NCBI GenBank assembly: GCA_045805065.1
Contig: JBJMMA010000060.1
Location: 1 to 64,000, forward strand
Source of the DNA: Bdellovibrionia bacterium
Lineage (GTDB): Bacteria > Bdellovibrionota > UBA1018
Length of the DNA stretch: 64,000 nucleotides
Direction of reading: 5' to 3'
Shown here: piece after piece, positions 55,934 to 64,000 of the stretch
Layout: each line of letters starts with the position of its first letter
How positions within the stretch are numbered: the stretch's first letter is position 1
The notes under the pieces: model-generated
What the model saw: the letters and a program-made list of their open reading frames with translations, nothing else
The model's database searches: none
Told to the model about the DNA's origin: nothing
Translations under genes and position numbers: made by a program

Positions 55934-56611
55934 TTACTTCTCGTATTTATAGCCCACGCCGTAGATCGAGATGATGTGCTTGGTGAGCGGCGGGATCTTT
56001 CGACGAAGCGCACGAATATGTACATCGATCGTGCGATCGTTGGTCTTTTGAGACTCATCACGCCAGACATCTTTGAGGATTTCTTCGCGTGAAATCACTG
56101 TTCCTGCTTTGGCAGCGAGGAGCTTGAGAATATCAAATTCTGTCAGTGTCAGCTGCGCGCGTTTTCCGCTGAAGCTGACTTCGCGATTGGTTGGGTCGAT
56201 TCTCAGATCTCCTACCTGAATAGGCTGAACGACAGTCTCAGTCGATTTGCGAAGACGAGCCTTGATGCGGGCCAGGAGTTCTTTGTAGTCAAAAGGCTTT
56301 GGAATGTAATCGTCCGCGCCAGTTCCCAGACCTTGGGTGATGTCAGGAATGCTGTTCTTGGCGGACAGAAAAATGATCGGGATATTGCGCGTGCGATCGT
56401 CTTTTTTGAGCAGGCTGCAAGCGTCATATCCGCTCAGGATAGGGAGCATGATGTCCAAGAGAATCAGATCAGGAGCGCGATTGCGCGCATACTCGATGCC
56501 GATCACGCCATTTTCCGCGGAAATGATTTCAAACTCGCGGCCCAGCATGGCCTCCAAAAAGCGACGAGTGTCCGCATTGTCTTCGATGACCAAGATTCTA
56601 GGTTTTTCCAT
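55934..56611 (-). CDS. OmpR/PhoB family response regulator
   Basis: VIEDN, LLDIMLP, GADDYI.KPF, LT.TEF, RTIDVHIR.LR.K, YGVGY. Confidence 0.95.
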   Translation of the reverse strand: MEKPRILVIEDNADTRRFLEAMLGREFEIISAENGVIGIEYARNRAPDLILLDIMLPILSGYDACSLLKKDDRTRNIPIIFLSAKNSIPDITQGLGTGADDYIPKPFDYKELLARIKARLRKSTETVVQPIQVGDLRIDPTNREVSFSGKRAQLTLTEFDILKLLAAKAGTVISREEILKDVWRDESQKTNDRTIDVHIRALRRKIPPLTKHIISIYGVGYKYEK

Positions 56612-56693
56612 ACTGTTAAGAAAAGTATAGCACCAGGATTGTTAAGACGCCAAGTGGGCTATCTTAAATTTGTTGAAGAATCAGAGAAGGGAA

Positions 56694-57386
56694 CTAGGCA
56701 GATTTTTTCCGAGGGGAGCTCTTTGAGGACTCCATGACAAACTTCTCGGTAATCTCCTCTTCCATGGCTCCCCAGGTTGGATGGGCTTGAAGGAAGACTT
56801 TCACAAGCTGCGTATCGAATTGTCGGCCGGAGAAGAGCTTTAGCTCTTTATAAGCCATCTCAACCGGCATCCCCTTGCGGTAGCTCCGGGTAGTCGTCAT
56901 GGCGTCAAAGGTATCTGAAATCAGGATGATTCTTGCGTTGAGAGGAATCTGATCGCCTTTGATCCCGTCGGGATAACCGATGCCGTCCACGCGCTCATGA
57001 TGGTAGCGAATGCCAGGCAAGGTGGCGCTGAAAAAAGGGATATGAGCGAGAGGTTTGATGATTTCCATGCTCTTGATCGGATGCTCGCGCATGATCTTCT
57101 CTTCTTCCTCATTCAGGCGTCCTTCCTTGAGAAGGATGCTGTCTGGGATTCCGATCTTTCCGATGTCATGGAACATGGCAGAGAACTCGACTACGCGTTG
57201 CTCAAACTCGTTGAGTCCTGCAGCCTGTGCAAGAAGGCGGGCATAACGGCCTACGCGACGGCAGTGACCGTAAGTATAAGGATCGCGTTCACGCAGCGCC
57301 TGCAGCAGGGCGTCCGTTATCGCTTTCCATTCTGGTAGGTCGTTTGATCCCATTCTTTGTGTCTCTCTGTGTACTTCATCGGACAT
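56694..57386 (-). CDS. Stand-alone HD-GYP phosphodiesterase
   Basis: RDPYT.GH, HDIGKIG, HHER.DG.GYP, DTFDAMT..R.YR. Confidence 0.93.
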   Translation of the reverse strand: MSDEVHRETQRMGSNDLPEWKAITDALLQALRERDPYTYGHCRRVGRYARLLAQAAGLNEFEQRVVEFSAMFHDIGKIGIPDSILLKEGRLNEEEEKIMREHPIKSMEIIKPLAHIPFFSATLPGIRYHHERVDGIGYPDGIKGDQIPLNARIILISDTFDAMTTTRSYRKGMPVEMAYKELKLFSGRQFDTQLVKVFLQAHPTWGAMEEEITEKFVMESSKSSPRKKSA

Positions 57387-57450
57387 TCGCGGGAGGGACT
57401 TGAGGAAAGGTTTGTCGTCAAAAGCGTGGCGCTCCTGTTGTCACTTTTTT

Positions 57451-57478
57451 CTACGATTCAGCGCGGGAGTGCCGATAA
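57451..57478 (+). promoter_or_regulatory. sigma28-like promoter (perfect -10, weak -35)
   Basis: CTACG-N15-GCCGATAA. Confidence 0.5.
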
Positions 57479-57521
57479 AGCTAACATGAGGTCTTATAGA
57501 CACAGGGAGGTTAAGAGCGGC

Positions 57522-58646
57522 ATGGGATGGCTGCGCGGACTGAGAATCTCAGTCGGTATCGCGCTGCTTGCCGCATTGATCACCTTTGAAAGCGCTGAAG
57601 CTCGCGATGACGTGGTGCCTGGCTCACGTTACATGCCCGCGGCCGCGCAAGCGATGGGAGATGCTTATCTTCCGGTCGCGGATGATCCTGCCTCAGCGCT
57701 TTTCTACAATCCTGCAGGACTTGGACTGATTCGTGGCGTGCATGCCGATCTGATGAATCTGCAGCTTTACGGCAACAGCAACTATTTCTCAGGAGTGGAC
57801 CTGTCCCATACCGACTTCGTTAAGGTGACAAGTCTCAATTCGTATTCGGCGGCCCTTCAGCGCTCGCCCAATAATTGGCAAGGCGTAGGATACAGTCTTG
57901 TTCCCGCATTCTATGTGAAGGGGATTGCCTTTGGCCTGTTGATTCAGGAGCAGGTTCGCGCAAGGTACAATACCAGCGGAAGCAATCCGGCCATCGATTA
58001 TAAGAGCAACTATCAGATCATTCCTGCCATGGGTGGCGCGCTCCGCCTGGCTGAAGGAATTGTTCGCATCGGTTACAGTCTTCAATGGGTCAATCAGGCT
58101 TCAGGCGAAGTCGATGGATCATCGCCGACAGGGAGCCTGGGTTACAATCAGGGACTTCAAAAGGGATCGGCGCTGTCTCACACTCTGGGGATTGCTTTGA
58201 CGATGCCTTATCAGCACCTGCCTGAGTTGAATATCGTTGGACGCAATCTTTTCATGGCGCGCTTTTCTGGAGCGGCCATGATGCCCTTTGCGCAAAGTTC
58301 GAATGGAACGCCTGGAAATGAAGGAACGTCGTTTGACGTTTCATTGAGCTGGATCGAAAAAATCGGTGCAGGCTCCGAGTTTACCTGGGTGATTGAAGAT
58401 CGCGATGCCGTGAACTCATCACACATCTCGGTATTGGGGCGTCTTGCCATAGGTCTTGAGTTTAACTTTCGGCATGTATTTTTTCTGCGGGGTGGATGGG
58501 GAAGCGGATACCCTAATGTAGGTCTTGGCCTGCGCAGAAAGAAAAGCGAGCTGTCTTTAACCTGGTCGAACGCCGAGATTGGCACTGGCTATCACGACGT
58601 TCAGGATACGCGTTACATTTTGCAGTACCAAGTCAGAGCCTTCTGA
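57522..58646 (+). CDS. Outer-membrane beta-barrel protein (FadL/PorV/TraF-like)
   Basis: Signal peptide; MGDAY..VADD..ALFYNPAGL plug motif; alternating beta-strand C-terminus ending in Phe. Confidence 0.8.
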   Translation: MGWLRGLRISVGIALLAALITFESAEARDDVVPGSRYMPAAAQAMGDAYLPVADDPASALFYNPAGLGLIRGVHADLMNLQLYGNSNYFSGVDLSHTDFVKVTSLNSYSAALQRSPNNWQGVGYSLVPAFYVKGIAFGLLIQEQVRARYNTSGSNPAIDYKSNYQIIPAMGGALRLAEGIVRIGYSLQWVNQASGEVDGSSPTGSLGYNQGLQKGSALSHTLGIALTMPYQHLPELNIVGRNLFMARFSGAAMMPFAQSSNGTPGNEGTSFDVSLSWIEKIGAGSEFTWVIEDRDAVNSSHISVLGRLAIGLEFNFRHVFFLRGGWGSGYPNVGLGLRRKKSELSLTWSNAEIGTGYHDVQDTRYILQYQVRAF

Positions 58647-58660
58647 GGAAAACACTTCCC

Positions 58661-59836
58661 ATGAGTACAATGAGTCTGCATGTCACTATCGTTGCCGCTG
58701 ATGCCTCAGCCGAGATCAAATGGGTTCATCATCTGAAATCCGTTTCTCAGGATCTGTCTGAAGCCAAGTTCGGGCTCGCTTCTCAGGAGCAGAATCCCTC
58801 AAACTTTGGTCAGGTCATTTTTGTCGATGGCCTCACGCCGAACTTGGAAACGGTTTTGGAAAGACTGGATCGTTCTGGACGCGCGGTGTTCCTGATCGCA
58901 AGTGATTCTTCTTCAAACGTTGGTCATGCCACGATATGGTCTGATCTGATTTCAGCTGGAAAAGTGGATGATGCCCTCATCTATCCTTTTCGCGCGCTAG
59001 AGGTTCAAAGCAAGCTCAGGCACTATCAGCAAATTTTAATGTGGGAAGAAGTCTCGCGCCTCAATGCCTCGTTTTCAGGACTGATTGAGAGACTTCAGGA
59101 AGATCTTCGCCTTGCTGAAAGACTTCAGAAGTCCAAATCGCCGATTCGTTTCCCTGAGGTCAAAGGCTTTCAAGTGACTAGTCGCTATCTGGCCGGAATG
59201 AGATCGGGCGGAGATCATCTGGATCTCGCTGAGTCCAAAAGCGGGAATCAGCTTTCGGTCGTTCTTGCAGACTCGTCGAGCTATGGTCTTTCCAGCTCGC
59301 TTCTTTCTGTTCTGATGCGTGTTGCAATGAAGCTCAGTCAGGAAGAGGTGAGGTCTTGCGAGGATACGGTTCGCCGCATTCATGAAGAGCTTTTGCTGAC
59401 TCTGAACGATAAGGACAAGCTTTCGCTTTTTTACGGGATCATTTCGAGAAAAGATTATTGCTTGCGCTATGTGAACCTTGGCACATCGACTGCGTTCTAT
59501 GCGCAGCCTGGACAAAACTTCAGAGCACTTCCCTCACAGGGCGAACAAATCATGCGCTCTTCCTCAGGCCTTCCTAAGCAGGAGTTTCAGGCAGAGCTAC
59601 CACTGGAACCGCAGGGTAGACTTGCGCTCATTTCGGATGGGTTTCTGGAAGTCATGGGGGGCGAGGCTCAGGTGCTCAAAGCCCTGAATCAATATCGTGA
59701 TGCTGAGTCAGCTGACTTTTTGAATGAGCTCGTTTTTCAGCTCAAATCCAATTTCAATGAACCAGACGATATGCCTGCGCAGGATTGCACGGCGGTGCTT
59801 TTAGACGTCGATTCGCGGATTCTCAGAAAGATTTGA
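58661..59836 (+). CDS. SpoIIE/PP2C-family phosphatase-like protein with degenerate receiver-like N-domain
   Basis: LAERLQ, SGGD..D, LADSSSYG, ISDG, QDCT; several metal ligands diverge from consensus. Confidence 0.8.
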   Translation: MSTMSLHVTIVAADASAEIKWVHHLKSVSQDLSEAKFGLASQEQNPSNFGQVIFVDGLTPNLETVLERLDRSGRAVFLIASDSSSNVGHATIWSDLISAGKVDDALIYPFRALEVQSKLRHYQQILMWEEVSRLNASFSGLIERLQEDLRLAERLQKSKSPIRFPEVKGFQVTSRYLAGMRSGGDHLDLAESKSGNQLSVVLADSSSYGLSSSLLSVLMRVAMKLSQEEVRSCEDTVRRIHEELLLTLNDKDKLSLFYGIISRKDYCLRYVNLGTSTAFYAQPGQNFRALPSQGEQIMRSSSGLPKQEFQAELPLEPQGRLALISDGFLEVMGGEAQVLKALNQYRDAESADFLNELVFQLKSNFNEPDDMPAQDCTAVLLDVDSRILRKI

Positions 59837-59944
59837 GAAATTAAGCGAGCGCAAGGCGCGAATTGGACGATGGACGAAGCATGCGCTTCAAAATCTCTTT
59901 AAGTTTTCGCATGCTGAAATTACTAAACGATCAAAGTCAGGAAA

Positions 59945-60781
59945 TCAACCAAAAACGATCGTCCTTTTGCCGTGCACAACTACTCTATCCTCCAAGATCA
60001 GCTGTAGAGCACGGGCTAATACGACGCGTTCGACATCACGTCCTGACCTAGCAAGCTCCAACGCGCTTTGTGTATGACTCACAGGCAAGACGGATTGCGT
60101 AATAATGGGCCCTTCATCGAGCTGATCATTTACAAGGTGCGCTGTGGCCCCAATGATTTTCACACCGCGATCATAGGCCTGTTGATAAGGGTTTCTGCCA
60201 ATAAAGGCCGGCAAAAAAGAGTGGTGGATATTGAGAATCCGATTCTCAAATCGCTCCACAAAGGCCTTCGTCAGGACACGCATATATTTAGCGAGGACCA
60301 GGTAATCCGGATTATAGCTTCGGACCACTTTGAGAATCTCTGCCTCATGTCGCTCGCGGGTGAAATCCTCCGCGGGCACATGATGAAAGGGAATCTTAAA
60401 GCGCTCAGTGAGCTCTTTGAGGTCCGGGTGATTAGCGACAACGCCCAGGATGCGCGCTGGAAGCTCTCCTGATGCATGTCTTAAGAGAAGGTCTCCTAAG
60501 CAATGAGGCTCCTTCGTTGCAAATACCAGAAGCCTGCGGGGGGTCTGCTCATGCAAATCGAGAAGGTGAATGTTCGGGAGTGACTCGCGAAGTTCGTTTT
60601 CGATCTCATAAAGATCGACATCCCCTGTGAACGCGGTGCGAACAAAGAACATCCCGTTCTGGTGATCGACGAACTCGCCGTTCTCCGTAACGTTTAAATC
60701 GCGGCGATAGATCGCGCCTGTGATTTTATGAAGGAGTCCCTTTTGATCACCGCAGCAAATGCGCAGCACATAGTTTTTCAT
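59945..60781 (-). CDS. purU: Formyltetrahydrofolate deformylase
   Basis: ACT domain, TKEPHCLGDLL, VLAKYMR.L, NIHHSFLPAF.G..PY.QA..RGVKIIGATAH, LDEGPII.Q. Confidence 0.96.
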   Translation of the reverse strand: MKNYVLRICCGDQKGLLHKITGAIYRRDLNVTENGEFVDHQNGMFFVRTAFTGDVDLYEIENELRESLPNIHLLDLHEQTPRRLLVFATKEPHCLGDLLLRHASGELPARILGVVANHPDLKELTERFKIPFHHVPAEDFTRERHEAEILKVVRSYNPDYLVLAKYMRVLTKAFVERFENRILNIHHSFLPAFIGRNPYQQAYDRGVKIIGATAHLVNDQLDEGPIITQSVLPVSHTQSALELARSGRDVERVVLARALQLILEDRVVVHGKRTIVFG

Positions 60782-60821
60782 GACACGCGCCCCCGGCCTT
60801 CGGGACAAGCATTTGGCGTGC

Positions 60822-62210
60822 CTAAAAACTTGCCGGGTGTCGTCCTAATCTTCCTGCCGGTACGTTCCAAGCTCCTTGCAAGCCTTGAATGCGTCCGGGG
60901 TTCCTCACCCGATGGAGTGTTCCCCATTCAGTTTGGGTTGGGATTAAGGTGCTGCTGAAGTCTGCCATCGTTCCATTTGGATCGCCCGCGCGATATTCTG
61001 AACGCAGAAAATTTGATGCACCAACGAGTGAGGCTCTGACTAACTGATTTTCTCCGCATGTCCAAAGCCCGTGGAGGGCACGGCAGATCCCTGCAGCCAG
61101 AGCATATCCAGCTCCATGATCAAGCGCCTGTGCCGGAAGAGGATGGGGTTTTGAAGTCGCCAATTCTTTCATTCCACGGGCAGCGATACCGGTTTTCATC
61201 TGCATCAGGCTATCAAAGCCGCGTTGATTTTTAAGAGGGCCACTCCATCCATACGCGTTCAGTTGGGCGAGCACGAGATTAGGATTCAAGCTGTAAAGAT
61301 GATCAGGAGTCAAGTTGAAGCGATCCAGTGCATCGGGTCGATATCCAATGACTAACACGTGCGCCAGACGTACCAGCTCCTCAAACTTTTGAAGGTCTTG
61401 TTGCTCATGGAGAGAAAGCGAGGCGCAGTGTTTTCCTGCGGTAACATCTGGAAGAAGGGCGGGAACCTCCTGAAAGCCTGGAGGATCGATTCGAAGGACA
61501 TTTGCACCCCATGCCGCTAGAAATCGAGTGCATTCAGGACCGGCAATCACTCGGGTCAGATCCAAGACCCGAACGCCAGAGAGGGGGGCTTCATTCTGCT
61601 TCCACGGAGGCGCGATCGCGCGGGTCGTATGCCGCAAGCTCAGTGCGACGATCGGTTCAGAGAGCGTCGTGGATCCCTCCTGATCCTTGGACCACTCGTC
61701 TTCAGTGAGCATTCGGGCCGCGCAGCCTCCTTGTGCCATAATCGTTTTTTCCAGCTCAGCTGCATTCCATCTTGAAACTGCTTGAGTCACTTGAGCGCGA
61801 TCAGCGCTTGAAAGCCCTAGTGCAGAAAGAGCGGCATCTCGATGATTTTCATAGTTGGTGTGGATGCGAATCCATCCATCCTGGGCGCAGTAATCGCCCG
61901 CAATGGGATCCCATGGAGGAGGAATTTCCCAACTTACAGGCCGCATGAGCGCCTCCGTGCGGAAGGCAGCGGATGCTTCCAATCCATCGATTTCGATTTC
62001 AGGCAATCGCGCATCGCCTCTCCGCAGCGCAAGTAGCTCTCCTACCGCAAGATGGGCCGCTGCAATCGTGGATGTTGCCATGCCTGATACATCGTATACA
62101 GACGGAAGGTAATGACCTGAATGCGAAATTCGTACGCCGTGGATGCGTTTTGGGTCACTGCCAAGGCTCTTCCAAAGGGTCATGAGGCCACGACCCTGAT
62201 CTAACAGCAT
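60822..62210 (-). CDS. CoA-transferase family III (CaiB/BaiF)
   Basis: PL.GVRVLDLTRVIAGP, GA.VLRID, GYRP, AYGW.GP....RGFDS, QALDH; GGAGA RBS before ATG 62210. Confidence 0.9.
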   Translation of the reverse strand: MLLDQGRGLMTLWKSLGSDPKRIHGVRISHSGHYLPSVYDVSGMATSTIAAAHLAVGELLALRRGDARLPEIEIDGLEASAAFRTEALMRPVSWEIPPPWDPIAGDYCAQDGWIRIHTNYENHRDAALSALGLSSADRAQVTQAVSRWNAAELEKTIMAQGGCAARMLTEDEWSKDQEGSTTLSEPIVALSLRHTTRAIAPPWKQNEAPLSGVRVLDLTRVIAGPECTRFLAAWGANVLRIDPPGFQEVPALLPDVTAGKHCASLSLHEQQDLQKFEELVRLAHVLVIGYRPDALDRFNLTPDHLYSLNPNLVLAQLNAYGWSGPLKNQRGFDSLMQMKTGIAARGMKELATSKPHPLPAQALDHGAGYALAAGICRALHGLWTCGENQLVRASLVGASNFLRSEYRAGDPNGTMADFSSTLIPTQTEWGTLHRVRNPGRIQGLQGAWNVPAGRLGRHPASF

Positions 62211-62260
62211 CTGTTTCTCCCATGTTGGTTTAGGCCGAACGATCATGCTAGGTTTAAGGC

Positions 62261-63037
62261 ATGACGATCGACATTTTGTCTTATAATCGCGAAGCATGGA
62301 ATCGCAAAGTCACTCAGGGAAACGAATGGACCAAAGCCGTATCCACTGAGGAGGTCGATCAAGCGCGTCAAGGTAATTGGAAAATCGTTTTGACGCCTTT
62401 GAAGCCAGTTCCTCGCGATTGGTTTCCAAATCTGAAAGGCACAAAGGTTCTCGGACTTGCTTCAGGCGGTGGTCAGCAAGGGCCCATTCTTGCTGCAGCA
62501 GGAGCCGAAGTGACGGTATTTGATAATTCACCCGCGCAACTTGCTCAGGATGCACAGGTTGCCGCGCGCGATGGACTCAGTATTAAAACCGTACAAGGTG
62601 ATATGAAAGATCTGTCTTCTTTTGAAGACGAGAGCTTTGATCTCATCGTTCATCCTTGTTCAAACTGCTTTGTTCCGGATGTGAAGCCTGTTTGGAAAGA
62701 GGCGTACCGGGTTTTGAAAAACGGCGGGACGCTGATCTCAGGCTTTACCTATCCGATTGTCTTCACACTTGATCCTGAGCTTGAAGCGAAAGGGATTTTC
62801 CAAATTAAGTATAAAATCCCTTACTCGGACCTTGATCTCACCGAAGAAGAGCGCAAGCGCTACACCGATAAAGGCGAGCCGCTGGCTTTTGGCCATACTT
62901 TGGAAGACCAGATTGGCGGTCAGATTGCGGCAGGATTTTCGATTACTGGCTTTTATGAGGACAAATGGAGTCCTGATAAGAGCCCGCTCTCTGCGCTGAT
63001 GTCTTGCTTTGGCGCCACTCGGGCTCTAAAATCTTGA
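62261..63037 (+). CDS. Class I SAM-dependent methyltransferase
   Basis: VLGLASGGGQQ, VFDNS..QL, GDM.DL, FDLI.HP.SN.F, HTLEDQIGGQ. Confidence 0.9.
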   Translation: MTIDILSYNREAWNRKVTQGNEWTKAVSTEEVDQARQGNWKIVLTPLKPVPRDWFPNLKGTKVLGLASGGGQQGPILAAAGAEVTVFDNSPAQLAQDAQVAARDGLSIKTVQGDMKDLSSFEDESFDLIVHPCSNCFVPDVKPVWKEAYRVLKNGGTLISGFTYPIVFTLDPELEAKGIFQIKYKIPYSDLDLTEEERKRYTDKGEPLAFGHTLEDQIGGQIAAGFSITGFYEDKWSPDKSPLSALMSCFGATRALKS

Positions 63038-63045
63038 CTCATAAA

Positions 63046-63080
63046 TAAAAACGCCTCCAAGCCAAAGGCCAGGAGGCGTT
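63046..63080. terminator. Terminator between convergent genes
   Basis: AAAAACGCCTCC...GGAGGCGTT. Confidence 0.7.
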
Positions 63081-63108
63081 CTAATAAATATCAGCAGTAA
63101 AAACCGGA

Positions 63109-64000
63109 TCAGACTTGAGCGAGCGCTTGCTCGAGATCAGCTTTGAGATCCGCAAGATCTTCAATGCCGACGCTTACGCGCACCAGGTTGTCATGAATGC
63201 CAAGCGCTTTGCGGCTTTCTGCCGGAACGCTTGCGTGAGTCATGATCGCTGGATGCTCGATGAGCGATTCAACGCCACCTAGGCTTTCAGCCAGGGTGAA
63301 AAGCTTCACGTTCTCTAAGAAGGTGCGAGCTTGTGGCAAGCCGCCTTTGATGAAGAAGGTGATCATTCCACCAAAGCCCGTCATCTGCTTGCGAGCCAGC
63401 TGATGCTGAGGGTGAGACTCGAGGCCTGGGTAGACGACGCTCTCAACTTTAGGATGCTTCTCCAGATACTTGGCGATTTCCATGGCGTTCTCTGCGTGGC
63501 GCTCCATGCGAACATGGAGGGTCTTGAGACCGCGCATGACGAGGAAGCAATCCATCGGAGCAGGGACTGCGCCGACAGCGTTTTGCAAGAACTTGAGCTG
63601 CGTGTAGAGTGCGTCGTTGCTGGTGACCAGAATGCCGCCGACCACATCGCTGTGGCCGTTCATGTACTTGGTGATGCTGTGAACGACAACATCAGCGCCC
63701 AAGGACAATGGCTTCTGGAAGTAGGAGCTCATGAACGTGTTATCAACAACCGAGATCACACCGCGCTTCTTGGCCATCGCTGCAATTGCTGCGATGTCGA
63801 TGAGCTTGAGCATTGGGTTGGTTGGTGTTTCAACCCAGACCATCTTGGTGTTTGGGCGAAACGCGGCTTCTGCCTTGGCGAGATCCGAAAGATCCACAAA
63901 GGAGAATTCGATTCCGTAGTTCTTGAACACCTTATCGAAGATGCGGAAAGTGCCGCCGTAGACGTCATCCGAGCATACGACATGATCGCCGCTCTTGAGC
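63109..64000 (-). CDS. Cystathionine gamma-lyase/synthase (Cys/Met metabolism PLP enzyme), 5' end outside the window
   Basis: DDVYGGT, ETPTNP, VDNTF, HSITKY.NGHSD, LAESLGGVESL.EHP, RVSVGIED. Confidence 0.93.
   Translation of the reverse strand, partial: LKSGDHVVCSDDVYGGTFRIFDKVFKNYGIEFSFVDLSDLAKAEAAFRPNTKMVWVETPTNPMLKLIDIAAIAAMAKKRGVISVVDNTFMSSYFQKPLSLGADVVVHSITKYMNGHSDVVGGILVTSNDALYTQLKFLQNAVGAVPAPMDCFLVMRGLKTLHVRMERHAENAMEIAKYLEKHPKVESVVYPGLESHPQHQLARKQMTGFGGMITFFIKGGLPQARTFLENVKLFTLAESLGGVESLIEHPAIMTHASVPAESRKALGIHDNLVRVSVGIEDLADLKADLEQALAQV

Overview
Mostly core chromosome of a Gram-negative bacterium. Gene content (TIGR02147 regulator, many lineage-specific secreted proteins, Ser/Thr kinase-PEGA, sigma28-type promoters) suggests Bdellovibrionota/Oligoflexia; this is inference. 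In order, the window holds: the 3' end of an rRNA operon (23S, 5S); an unannotated 38-aa basic ORF; a three-gene operon encoding a secreted Gly/Met-rich repeat protein plus SdpA-like and SdpB/HTTM-like membrane proteins; mce, rhomboid, trxB, lysS, lolCE, lolD, bamA and skp; a lipid A/core cluster (lpxD-lpxA-lpxB-lpxK-lpxL, DUF3108, waaF, GT4); and rpsA. Next is an accessory island of signal-peptide proteins carrying cytoplasm-type domains (J-domain; nucleotidyltransferase plus ADP-ribosyltransferase-like; FCP1-like HAD phosphatase) that share a sigma28-like promoter and a C-terminal Cys-hydrophobic motif. Then come oxyR-ahpC-ahpF, sppA, rsmB, a candidate ~330-nt pseudoknotted ncRNA, a two-gene cassette bracketed by two covarying cruciform elements, ssb, an L,D-carboxypeptidase, mpl, a signalling cluster (kinase, response regulator, HD-GYP, PP2C), purU, a CoA transferase, a methyltransferase and a partial cystathionine lyase/synthase. 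The best candidates for undescribed systems are the SdpAB-like/Gly-Met operon, the sigma28 effector island with its shared C-terminal motif, and the structured ncRNA. All calls come from reading motifs by eye; no searches or folding programs were run.
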